The notes under the pieces: model-generated | Database searches by the model: none | The model's input: the letters and a program-made list of their open reading frames with translations, nothing else | What the model was told of the DNA's origin: nothing | Shown here: piece after piece, positions 11,062-20,793 of the stretch | Layout: every line of letters starts with the position of its first letter | How positions within the stretch are numbered: the stretch's first letter is position 1 | Source of the DNA: an uncultured archaeon | Lineage (GTDB): Archaea > Thermoproteota > Nitrososphaeria > Nitrososphaerales > Gagatemarchaeaceae | Length of the DNA stretch: 64,000 bases | Direction: 5' to 3' | NCBI GenBank assembly: GCA_963799775.1 | Contig: CAWCYD010000003.1 | Location: forward strand, 736,001 to 800,000 | Position numbers and translations under genes: made by a program

Positions 11062-11229
11062 TTACTTCAGTTTGCCGATGCGGAAAATTGGCTTTCCGCA
11101 TGACCCGCAAGTCCCCCGCACTGCAAATCGGCCGTTCTTCAGTTTGATTTGCTTCGGGTTCTTGATCTCCCTGTTCTTCTTCTTCTCGTAGACACAGTAG
11201 CCCGTGACCACGTTGCTCGAGTCTCTCAT
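11062..11229 (-). CDS. 55-aa basic zinc-ribbon-like protein (DUF5679-like)
   Basis: MRDSSNVVTGYCVYEKKK...KNGRFAVRGTCGSCGKPIFRIGKLK; TATA-like TTAAAT upstream; missed by the ORF track. Confidence 0.75.
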   Translation of the reverse strand: MRDSSNVVTGYCVYEKKKNREIKNPKQIKLKNGRFAVRGTCGSCGKPIFRIGKLK

Positions 11230-11563
11230 GGTGCAAGGTCGATATTTAAGCTCTCGCTAACGGAGCAAAATTTACGCTTTTTAGGGAAAACGAAGACTTA
11301 GAAATGCCGGAAGCCGTTTTTGGGGCAAGCGAGCACTCGAAGATGAGCTTCCAATTCGTCTAATCAAACCGTTAACGAAGAACAGGTGCGATGGTCCTTG
11401 TTGGAGGCTCTTCAAAGCGGCGCAAATCAGACCGGATATTGTTGCGACTAGAATAGAGAATCCGACGAATCGGAGATAAGAGCCCGAATATGGCCCGCAG
11501 AAAAATCTCACGCCGCATGAACCCGGTCAGAGAAGAGAGGATCGCAGGGAGGTGGCGGAGAGG

Positions 11564-12332
11564 CTAGCCTGACTCCACGATTACCGTGCCCGTCATCCAC
11601 GCGTGATAGTTGCAAGAGTATTTGAAAGTCCCCGCGGTCGTGAACGTGTACGAGTAGCTCGCTCCTGCAGCTAGGTTGCCCGAGTTGAAGCTCCCGTCGG
11701 CCGCAGTGACCGTGTGGGGGACCGAGTCGTTGTTCACCCAGGTCACGGTGTTGTTCACTCCGATCACCACAGTTATCGTCGCTGGCGCGTACCCGGGCGC
11801 GGCGTTATGGCCCTGACCCGGCGCCGCTGGGGATGGAGACGTTGACCGCCGCAGTACCCTGCTTGACGACGATGGTGGCCATCATCCAGGCGTGATAGTT
11901 GCACTTGTACTGGTAGGTGCCAGGCTGGGTGAAGTTGAACGTGAAGCTCTGTCCCGCGTTCAGGTTCCCAGAGTCGAAGACAGGGGCCCCTCCTGTCATA
12001 TTGAGAGACGTCACCGTGTGCGGGACCGAGTCGTTGTTAGTCCAGGTCACCGTGGCGTTCTGCCCTATGTAGACGACCGCGTTAGCGGGCGCGAAGCCAG
12101 GCGCGGCGCTCGGACCCGAGCCGGCGCCGCTAGGAATGGATATTGTCGCTCCCGATGCGGCCCCAGAGCTGCTTGTAGCCGCCGTCGAGGTGGCGCCGCC
12201 GGGGAAGCTGTAGCCCGTGCTGCTCGCCATCCCGCTGACCAGGAAGTAGCCGACCAAGATGGGGATCAATATCGCGACGATCCCCAGCACCCCCAGGGTT
12301 AGCTTCGGAGGCGCGTAGTCTTGTGTTTGCAT
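11564..12332 (-). CDS. Membrane-anchored tandem cupredoxin (two plastocyanin-like domains; 1-nt insertion near 11807)
   Basis: N-terminal TM helix; two repeats of SIPSGAGSGP..APG.AP..VTW.NNDSVPHTVT..CNYHAWM. Confidence 0.88.
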
Positions 12333-12340
12333 GTCTATCA

Positions 12341-12602
12341 CTAGCCAGCGAAGGCGAAGAGCATCGTGAGGATCAGGACCATTATGAGCGCCAGAGGCGC
12401 GAGCATCAGGTACTGGATCACAGGAGGCTCCTTCCTGATGTTCATGAGGAACAGCGCCGCGACGAGGCTGTTCACCATCGCGATGACCCCGATTCCGATG
12501 TCCACCGAGAAGCGTCCCGGGCCCCGTGTAGAAGAGCAGGACTTCTCCCACGGTCGTTATGACCATGTACAACCAGATTGCAAGCGGTAACGTGTAGTTC
12601 AT
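12341..12602 (-). CDS. Heme-copper oxidase subunit IV-like small membrane protein (frameshifted)
   Basis: ~86 aa, three hydrophobic helices, LFLMNIRKE motif; follows the subunit I/III gene. Confidence 0.7.
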
Positions 12603-12620
12603 TCTCTCATTCTCACCAAT

Positions 12621-14984
12621 CTATAACAGGTAGAAGAGCGGGAAGACGAATATCCAGACGATGTCGACGAAGGCCCAGTACAGCGCGAAGTTCTCGATGC
12701 CGGTGTGGTTCTCCTTGGTGTAGCCGCCCATCATCCCCTTCTTGATGAGATATACCATTATGATCAGCCCTGCGGTGACGTGGGCCGCGTGGAGGCCGAC
12801 CGTGAAGTAGTAGGTGCTCCCCGCCAGGTTCGTCGTCCAGCTGAAGCCTTTGCCAAAGTACAGGTTGTACCACTCCGCTCCCTTGATCCCGAGGAAGGTC
12901 GCGCCCAGGACGAAGGTCGCGCCCAGCCACATTATCATGTTCCTCTGCTTGCCTTCCTTGATCGACTCGAGGGCCAAGAACGCCGTGAGCCCGCTCGTAA
13001 GGAGGATTATCGTGTTCGTGAGGCCCAGGGGGATTTCGTGGATCGAACCGACCGCCGGCCAGTTCGGGGTGAAAGACCTGATGTAGAGGTAAGCCCCCAG
13101 GATCGCACCGAAGACTATGACGTCGGTAGAGAGGAAGATCCACATCCCGAGCCTCATCTTGGGGATGGCGTTGAACGGCCAGCTCTCCGTCACCTCCTCG
13201 GGCATGTGGAAGCGCTCGTGGAGGTCATCGACCATCCACGCCACGATGGCGACCCCGTCGATGGCGAGTCCGACGATGAACACTGCGAGCCCCCAAGAGT
13301 AGACCAGCATAGCCAGGCCCAGGAAACTTACCGCGATGCCAGCAGCAAGCCATATCGGCCGCGAGCTGTAATGATGCCCTCCCGCGTGGCCGCCCTCGGC
13401 CCCCACCGCGCCCGTGGTCGCCGTGGCTCCGTGGGAGGCACCGGTGATGATCGGCACCCACTCTGGCGTGGTGGCTCCCCATGGGTTGGGAGGCGCTATC
13501 TTGCCGCCCCTCAAGACGCCGAGGAGGTTCAGGAGCAGGAGGATCTGTGCGCCCGCGAATATGAACGCGCCCACGGTCGAGATGAGGTTGAGGGTGTTCC
13601 AGCTGGGCAGCGACTGGTAGGTGTAGATCCTCCTAGGCATGTCGTAGAGGAAGAACATCGGGAAGTACAGCACGTTGAACCCGATGAACGAGGTGATGAA
13701 GTGCCAGTTCGCGAGCTTCTCGTTGTACATCTTCCCTGTCATTATCGGGATGTAGTAGTAGAGCCCGGCGATCAGGCCGAAGATCGCGGCGCCGACCATC
13801 ACATAGTGGAAGTGGCCCACGACGAAGTACGTGTTGTTGTAGACCACGTCGAGGACGAACGAGGAGAGGAAGACCCCTGTAATGCCGCCGATGATGAAGA
13901 GGAAGACGGACCCGATGCAGAAGAGCATGGGGGCCGTGAGACGGATCGAGGATTTTGTCAGGGTCTTGATGAAGGCTAGCGTGATGACGTCGAAGGGCAA
14001 CGATATCAGGATCGTCGCGACGCTGAATGCCTCGTCCTCGCTCAGTGTGACTCCGGTGATGAACATGTGGTGCGACCAGACCATGTAGCTGAGCGGGATG
14101 ACGATCGCCCCTGTGCAGATCAGTATGATGTTCTTCTCGGCGAGCGGCCTCCCAGTGAAGACAGGGAAGATCTCCGCGATCAGGCCGAACGCTGGGAGGA
14201 GGACGACGTAGACCTCCGGATGGCCGAAGAACCAGAAGAGGTCGTCCCAGAGGATGGAGCCGCCAGCGGCGGCGGAGAAGTACATCGTCCCGAGGACCCT
14301 GTCTGAGATGAGGAGGACGAGGGCCGCGAGGAGCGACGGGAAGGAGAAGAGCATCGCGATGATCGTGAAGAGCATGAACCAGCTGAACATCGGGATCTTC
14401 CTCCAGGTCATCCCCGGCCCGCGGTGGACGGCCACTGTGAGGAGAATGTTGACGCTGCCGACTGTGATGGAAGTGGCGAGCATGATGAGACCGGCGAACG
14501 CGAGGGTTGGGCCTGGCCCTGGGCTGAACTGCCCACCAGAGAGAGGAGAGTACGCCGTCCAGCCTCCCGCTGTGTTTCCGCCCGGCATGAAGAACCCGAG
14601 CGTCGCGACGATGCCGCCGAAGAGCCAGAGCCAATAGCCTAGGGCGTTGACTCTGGGGAGAGCCAGGTCGGCCGCCCCTATCTGAAGAGGAAGGAAGTAG
14701 TTAGCGAGGCCGATCGCCAACGGAGAGAGGAACCACAGGATCATGATAAGACCGTGGAGCGTGACGGCCTGGTCGAAAGAGGCGCCGCTCAGAAATGTCT
14801 GGGCTGTGCTCGGCCAGCACATCCCCGTGACGCCTGCAGCGCAGACCGGGACCGCGAGCTCAACCCTGACGAGGAGGATCAGGACAGCTCCGATGAAGCC
14901 GAAGTACATCGAGCCGATTATGTAGAGCAGCCCGATGTCCTTGTGGTTCGTCGTGTAGAGCCATCTGGAGAGCCAAGCGTTCAT
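12621..14984 (-). CDS. Heme-copper oxidase subunit I fused to subunit III (A1-type)
   Basis: NHKDIG, WFFGHPEVY, VWSHHM, HFHY; C-terminal CoxIII GMWIFLSTD, GLHAAHV, YWAFVDIVW. Confidence 0.96.
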   Translation of the reverse strand: MNAWLSRWLYTTNHKDIGLLYIIGSMYFGFIGAVLILLVRVELAVPVCAAGVTGMCWPSTAQTFLSGASFDQAVTLHGLIMILWFLSPLAIGLANYFLPLQIGAADLALPRVNALGYWLWLFGGIVATLGFFMPGGNTAGGWTAYSPLSGGQFSPGPGPTLAFAGLIMLATSITVGSVNILLTVAVHRGPGMTWRKIPMFSWFMLFTIIAMLFSFPSLLAALVLLISDRVLGTMYFSAAAGGSILWDDLFWFFGHPEVYVVLLPAFGLIAEIFPVFTGRPLAEKNIILICTGAIVIPLSYMVWSHHMFITGVTLSEDEAFSVATILISLPFDVITLAFIKTLTKSSIRLTAPMLFCIGSVFLFIIGGITGVFLSSFVLDVVYNNTYFVVGHFHYVMVGAAIFGLIAGLYYYIPIMTGKMYNEKLANWHFITSFIGFNVLYFPMFFLYDMPRRIYTYQSLPSWNTLNLISTVGAFIFAGAQILLLLNLLGVLRGGKIAPPNPWGATTPEWVPIITGASHGATATTGAVGAEGGHAGGHHYSSRPIWLAAGIAVSFLGLAMLVYSWGLAVFIVGLAIDGVAIVAWMVDDLHERFHMPEEVTESWPFNAIPKMRLGMWIFLSTDVIVFGAILGAYLYIRSFTPNWPAVGSIHEIPLGLTNTIILLTSGLTAFLALESIKEGKQRNMIMWLGATFVLGATFLGIKGAEWYNLYFGKGFSWTTNLAGSTYYFTVGLHAAHVTAGLIIMVYLIKKGMMGGYTKENHTGIENFALYWAFVDIVWIFVFPLFYLL

Positions 14985-14990
14985 TTCTCA

Positions 14991-15680
14991 CTAGCCTCCT
15001 GTGGTCGATGTCGAGGACCGGCTTGTGGAAGACGAGGTAACCGGGAGCTTGTTGTACCAATCATAGTACTTCGTTTGGCTTACCACGTTAAGTTTCGCGA
15101 GCATTGTCGCGTGTCCAGCGCCACAAAGTTGTCTACACGAAATCGTGAAAGTCCCGGGCTGGGTCGCATTAAACCACAATTGGTTGTAGAATCCTGGCTG
15201 GGCATCTTTGGCAACATCGAGCGCAGGAATGTAGAATCCGTGCGTGACATCGGCCGAGGTGATGTTCAGTATCACTACCTGGTCAAGGGGAACCGTCAGG
15301 TTCGAGAAGGAGGTGTAGCCGTCGGCATATGTGAAGCTCCATACGAACTGGCGACCTGTGACTCCTATGTTGACGTTCGGGTCGCCAGGCATGGCGATCA
15401 GGTTCGCAGAGGCGAACGTCTCGTACTCGACGAAGGCCAAGACGGAGCCTGTGATGCAAAGGGTGAGGACCACGCCTTTCCAGTTGCCCCAGTCCCCCTC
15501 CTCGTGGTGGAACGCAGGGACCGCCCTGCCGGGCCTTTCCCGGTTCTTGATGATGTTGTAGATCATGAACGCGCCGACTACGACGCCAGCTGCCGTGCCG
15601 AGGATGACGTAGTAGTTGGAGAGCGTCGTCCAGATTGCTACTGTTGGCGGTGTCGCATCTAGGGGAAGCGAATACAGCAT
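14991..15680 (-). CDS. coxB: Heme-copper oxidase subunit II (CuA)
   Basis: Two TM helices; QFVWSFTY, DVTHGF, CRQLCGAGHATM. Confidence 0.93.
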   Translation of the reverse strand: MLYSLPLDATPPTVAIWTTLSNYYVILGTAAGVVVGAFMIYNIIKNRERPGRAVPAFHHEEGDWGNWKGVVLTLCITGSVLAFVEYETFASANLIAMPGDPNVNIGVTGRQFVWSFTYADGYTSFSNLTVPLDQVVILNITSADVTHGFYIPALDVAKDAQPGFYNQLWFNATQPGTFTISCRQLCGAGHATMLAKLNVVSQTKYYDWYNKLPVTSSSTSRSSTSTTGG

Positions 15681-15802
15681 GCAGCGACCAACGCCCACTT
15701 GAATATTTCATATAAGTCTTGTTTCACTGACATAGGACCAATCAGGGGTCCGCCTAACGCATAATTAGTCGAAGAGAATGGCGAGACCTCCGCAGAGTCT
15801 GT

Positions 15803-15898
15803 GGTGGGATGGCGGAGCGGTTACGCGTGCGCCTGCAGTTTCGTTCAACACGCGAGACCGAGAGCGCATTCACGAGGGTCCGAATCCCTCTCCCACCT
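15803..15898 (+). tRNA. tRNA-Cys(GCA) with 24-nt intron at 37/38 (15839-15862)
   Basis: GGTGGGA/TCCCACC acceptor stem, TGCGC/GCGCA anticodon stem, GAGGG/CCCTC T-stem, U73. Confidence 0.9.
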
Positions 15899-15985
15899 TT
15901 TTGGTTCAATTGGCTCGAATTTGAGTCTTTGTATCTAATGCGGTTGAATGCTACCGTATTTTGTTCAATACGTCTCCATTTCAGC

Positions 15986-16804
15986 TTAATCGACGCTTGT
16001 CGCAGAAGCAAGTCGATTCCGCTTACGCCCGATTGTGAAGCCCACGCGTGTCTCAAATTGCCTCAGTGAGTCGGATCGCACGTAAACGCGATAATGGTTC
16101 TTGTTTACGTTCCAAGTTTTTCCCTTGATGACAATCTTGCCACCGGCCCGCCGCCTGAGATGAGGTGCCTGTCGTCTCTATTCCGAGAGAACCTAACAAC
16201 TGACAAACAAACCGCAGTTTGTCAAGGTCGCCGTTGTACAGGTGCAATGATCGGCCCGAAATTGAGCCTTCAGAGTCATAGAATCCTCTGAGGAACGCAC
16301 CTCTGCACAGGTCGCAGTGGCAAATGGTCGGAATCTGGCCTCGATCCCTAGTCTCAAGAGATTCTGGAGCAGAAGACTAGAGGTCTCGACATGCCAAGAT
16401 TGAGTCCGTTCATTCCATCTTACATTTGGCGGGCTCCTCTTGAGAACGATTGAAAGGCACCGAGAGAACTCTTGAGCGAAATCTTTGTCTGTTACTCGCA
16501 GCTTTATCATGTGCATATGATTCTTGTTGGTGTTTGTGGAGGCATCTCCCCATTTGACTCCTATGATGTACGCGAGCTCAGGGCAGGGTGTCGACGCGAA
16601 CTGCCTAACGTAACCAAATGGTCTATGTTTCCCGTTGAGCCAGCCGGAGATATGCGATTTGTTGAGCGAGACCCCGGACTCAAGGTGTATCCTTTCAATT
16701 ATCTGGTTGTAACTCAGCCCTTCTCTTCTCAATTTCAGAACCGATTGGTACAGCTTCTCCCGCTCAATAGTCGGCCTAAGGCGGACACCTTTTCTCGACG
16801 CCAT
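15986..16804 (-). CDS. Free-standing LAGLIDADG homing endonuclease with N-terminal HTH (two indels)
   Basis: LAYIIGVKWGDAS and FLRGFYDSEG motifs; ends GFTIGRKRNRL..; AT-richer than flanks. Confidence 0.85.
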
Positions 16805-16946
16805 ATCGTCAAAGTCGGACTCTGCTATTAAGGACCCACGAAGCGAACCTTTTACTTGGCTCGAGTTTCGGGCCGGTTCACCCTCCGGAGAGCGAGATCA
16901 CATTGTCCCCAGAAATTGGAGCACGAGCGATGAGAGGAACTTCGCC

Positions 16947-18005
16947 ATGAAAGCGAAGTCTGTCTTGGGGATGCTCTACTCGGTCCCCTTCCTGGGGTTC
17001 GTCCTCTTCGTCTTCTCGGTCGGGTTCCCTCCGTTCGACGACGCGACCACGCTGGACCTCACGACCCACATGATCCAGCACATCATCATAGTGATCGCCG
17101 GGATAATGATCGCCTACCCCCTCCACAAGAAGGGATTCTTCCGGCCCATCGAAGGGAAGAACTCGGCTTACTTCGGGCTCGCAGTGATCATCGTCTTGAT
17201 AACGATCTGGCACCTGCCGCAGTTCTGGGACGCGGCGATCCTCAACCCTGCCGTCCATGCGGTGGAGCACGCGTCGTTCCTTCTTGTCGGGATACTAATC
17301 GGCTCCACTCTGCAGACCCTGTCGGACCGAGCGAAGCTGGACGTCCTGATCTTGGGTTTCTTCGGCCACTTCTTCTACGGCCTCATCCTGATCTCGAACT
17401 ATCGCATCTATCCTCTCTATTCTCTGGCTGACCAGGGCGCCCTGGGGATAGTGATGTTCAGCGTCGGGCCTTTCTATTGGACGGGGATACTCTACATCCT
17501 ATTCAGGAACAGGGCCTGGTTCAAGGAGTTCTCCACGACCGGTTACGAGGAGCCCATGGTCCAACGGAGAGACCTGGGAGGCGATGACCATTCAGGCGGC
17601 TCGAGGCTCAGACGGACCGGGAGGGTGGTCACGTCAGTGTCAATCGTCGTCCTGTTGGCGGTCCTTGTCGGGTTCTACGCCACCAGCGCGGCGGCGATCA
17701 CGTTGACCCCTGTCCCTCCGCATTCGAGTTCGACCGCGCAAGTTCTCATAGTGGAGACCCCGGTGACCTGGAACTACTATCCCCAGGCAATCACGGTCGT
17801 GCTGGGCGTGAACAACACGGTCACCTGGGTCAGCCACTCGCTCGCCTACGACACGGTGACAGGTGTGAACAGCTCTATCAACTCAGGTTCGATCCCGCCG
17901 GAAGGGCACTTCACATACACCTTCGCGACAGCAGGGACGTATCCTTACCGGTGCATCTACCACCCCTGGATGACAGGCACGGTCAGGGTGGTCGCGAAGA
18001 GCTAG
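16947..18005 (+). CDS. Oxidase assembly factor (DUF1404/CtaG-like) fused to a C-terminal cupredoxin
   Basis: HMIQH, WHLP, HAVEH in a multi-TM domain; C-terminal GVNNTVTW..CIYHPWM. Confidence 0.8.
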   Translation: MKAKSVLGMLYSVPFLGFVLFVFSVGFPPFDDATTLDLTTHMIQHIIIVIAGIMIAYPLHKKGFFRPIEGKNSAYFGLAVIIVLITIWHLPQFWDAAILNPAVHAVEHASFLLVGILIGSTLQTLSDRAKLDVLILGFFGHFFYGLILISNYRIYPLYSLADQGALGIVMFSVGPFYWTGILYILFRNRAWFKEFSTTGYEEPMVQRRDLGGDDHSGGSRLRRTGRVVTSVSIVVLLAVLVGFYATSAAAITLTPVPPHSSSTAQVLIVETPVTWNYYPQAITVVLGVNNTVTWVSHSLAYDTVTGVNSSINSGSIPPEGHFTYTFATAGTYPYRCIYHPWMTGTVRVVAKS

Positions 18006-18052
18006 GGCCCGCGGAAGAGATAAAAACTGAAAGGACGGCGTCAACCTTCGTC

Positions 18053-18427
18053 TTGAAAGTTGTAAAATCGAAGAAAGCGCCGGAACCGATAGGGCCGTAT
18101 TCTCAAGCTATAGTCGTGAAGAACCTGGTCTTCGTCTCTGGGATGATCGCGCTCGACCCCGCGACGGGAAAGATGGTAAGCGGTGGTGTCAAGGAGCAGA
18201 CAGGCAGATGCCTGACGAGCATGAAGGGAGTTTTGAAGGCCGCAGGGACGAGCGAGAAGAACGTCGTCAAGACGACCGTCTACATCAAGCAAGCCTCTTT
18301 CTTCAAAGAGATGAACGAGACCTATGCGAAGTTCTTCGGCAAGCACAAGCCGGCGAGGGCCACCCTCGTCACGGGTTTCCCGAGGGAAGACGTCCTCGTG
18401 GAGATCGAGGCTATCGCCACCAGGTGA
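18053..18427 (+). CDS. ridA: RidA/YjgF enamine-imine deaminase
   Basis: PIGPYSQA, FVSG, PARAT, VEIEAIA. Confidence 0.92.
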   Translation: MKVVKSKKAPEPIGPYSQAIVVKNLVFVSGMIALDPATGKMVSGGVKEQTGRCLTSMKGVLKAAGTSEKNVVKTTVYIKQASFFKEMNETYAKFFGKHKPARATLVTGFPREDVLVEIEAIATR

Positions 18428-18458
18428 CACCCCGTAAGATGCCGGACGGCGGGATCGC

Positions 18459-18587
18459 TTGAAAGCCTCTGAAAAGGGGCCGGCATGTCCGTGCTGCGGC
18501 ACCCCAATGGATGTCGTCTCCGAGGGAGCGACGAAGCTGAGCCTGAGATGCCCCGCTTGCCTGGTGACGGACGTCCGGCTGAAGTAG
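18459..18587 (+). CDS. 42-aa CPxCG zinc-finger microprotein
   Basis: MKASEKGPACPCCGTPMDVV...LRCPACLVTDVRLK. Confidence 0.65.
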   Translation: MKASEKGPACPCCGTPMDVVSEGATKLSLRCPACLVTDVRLK

Positions 18588-18601
18588 GCCGAGTCGCTAT
18601 A

Positions 18602-20747
18602 CTAGACGAATAGAGCGTAGACCACTATCGCAGACACGAACACGATGGAGATCGTGTTGATGGACCTTGATCAGCGAGTTGATCGTGGGCCCCGCGGTGT
18701 CCTTGAAAGGGTCTCCCACGGTGTCTCCCATGACGGCAGCTGCGTGAGTGGGTGTCCCCTTGCCCCCCAGGGCGCCGGTCTCGATGTACTTCTTCGCGTT
18801 GTCCCAAGCCGCTCCGCTGTTCGTCATTGTGAAGGCCAGATAGACACCTGCGACCACGCTGCCGATGAGCACCCCTCCGAGCGCAAGCGGTCCTAGCGTG
18901 AAGCCTACGACGAGAGGCGTGAGGACGGCGAGGGTAGCCGGCGCGGCGAGCTCCCTGATGGCTGCCGTGGTGCTGATGTCGACGCACTTTGCATAGTCAG
19001 GCTTGCCCGTCCCTTCCATTATGCCGGGGATCTCCTTGAACTGGCGCCTCACCTCGTTGACCATCTTGATCGCCGCGCGACCGACGGCCTGGATGAGAAA
19101 GCTGGAGAAGTAGAACGGGAGAAGGCTCCCGATGAACAGACCTAGTATCACGTGAGGGTCGCTGAGAGTGAACGAGAGCGTCCCTCCAGGGGCCAACCCG
19201 TACTTGGAGAACAGGTTGTGGAGTGCTATCTGACGGTTGACCTCGTATTGGAAGGCCTCGAAGATCGAGACCGCCGCGAGGGCGGCCGACATGATGGCGA
19301 AGGCCTTCGTCGTGGCCTTCGTCGTGTTCCCTATCGCGTCGAGCTCGTCGGTGACCACCCTGACATTGCCCTCGAGGCCCGCCATCTCGGCGATCCCGTT
19401 GGCGTTGTCGGTGATCGGCCCGAAGGAGTCGATGGACATGATCACTCCCGTGAGAGAGAGCATCGACATGGTCGCGACCGCCGTGCTGTAGACTCCCATG
19501 AGGGAGTTTGAGCCGGAGCCGTAGTAGCCGAGGTAGTAGGAGGCCAGGATCGCGCCGACGAGGACTATCGCGGACGGGAAGTTGCTCTGGAGCCCGGTTG
19601 AGAAGCCCGCCAAGAAGTTGGTGGCCGCCCCTGTCTGGCTCGCCTCGGCGATATGACGGACGGGAGGATAGAGGTACGATGTGAAGTAGTCCGCCACCCT
19701 CTCGATCACGACGACGACCACGACGCCCACGATCGCGCTGCCGAACAAGTAGTAGGACACGGAGCTCCCTCCGAAGAGGGACTGCCCGAAGGCAAAGTCG
19801 ATGACGACGGTGATCACTGCGGCGATCATCAGCGCCGTGTTCAGCGCTGCCATCGGCTTTGCCTTTATCGAGCGCCGGATGTAGAAGCCGCCGACAATCG
19901 AGCCGATGATTCCGGCCACGCCCAGCGTCAAAGGGTAGAGTATGAGCTGATTGGCACCGAGTATCGAGATGATCGAGGCAGGCTTCGCCAGCTGGACGAG
20001 CCCTCCGAGGATTATCGCGGCGATTGCTGTGACCACGAAGGACTCGTAGACGTCGGCGCCCATCCCAGCGCAGTCTCCGACGTTGTCTCCGACGTTGTCG
20101 GCGATTACGGCGGGGTTGCGAGGGTCGTCTTCAGGGATGTTCGCCTCCACCTTGCCGACGAGGTCGGCTCCCACGTCTGCCGCCTTTGTATAGATACCTC
20201 CAGAGACCCTCATGAACATCGCGATGAGCGAGGCGCCGAAGCCTAGCCCGGCCATCGTCGCGGGGTTGGCTGTGATCGTGCCCTGGTACGCGATGTAGAA
20301 CAGTGATATCCCTAGGAGCCCGAATCCGACGACCGCCATTCCCATGACGCTACCGCCCCTGTACGAGACCGTGAGGGCGTCGCCGAGCCCTTTCTTCGCC
20401 GCCTCGGCGGTCCTCGAGCTTGTCCGCACCGTGATCGCCATTCCGACGTAGCCGGCGAATGCGGAGAGCACCGCCCCGAGCACGAATCCCACCGCAATCG
20501 AGCCTCCCGTGGCCAGCGGGATGTCGATGAAGCCGTAGATCGCCACGGCGACGATTATCGCGACCGGGGTGATCACCTTGTACTCCCTCGAGAGGAACGC
20601 GTTGGCTCCCTCCCTGACCGCGCCCGCAATCTCGAGCATCCTGGGGGTGCCCGGGTTCTGCGAGCGGACGTTGAAGATTAGCACGACCGCGTAAACGAGG
20701 GCGACGAGTGCGCCTCCGACGGCCAGGAGACTGTAATCGAGAGCCAT
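18602..20747 (-). CDS. hppA: Membrane-bound H+-translocating pyrophosphatase (K+-independent signature; indel near C-terminus)
   Basis: GGIYTKAADVGADLVGKVE, EDDPRN, DNVGDNVGD, GNTTKA, GDTVGDPFKD. Confidence 0.97.
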
Positions 20748-20793
20748 TTTATAGAAAACTGACTGCGGGGGTTTTCTCGAACCGGTTATAAGC

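Noticed and set aside
11240-11560. AT-richer intergenic stretch and ORF 11281..11511
   Set aside because: No convincing coding signal, repeat or RNA structure.
11805-12602. Apparent subunit IV-cupredoxin fusion ORF
   Set aside because: Artefact of an indel in subunit IV; each gene has its own stop (12341) or start (12332).
17948-17956. CCGGTGCAT matching the second tnpB mini-array spacer
   Set aside because: A 9-nt match is expected by chance in a GC-rich 64-kb window.
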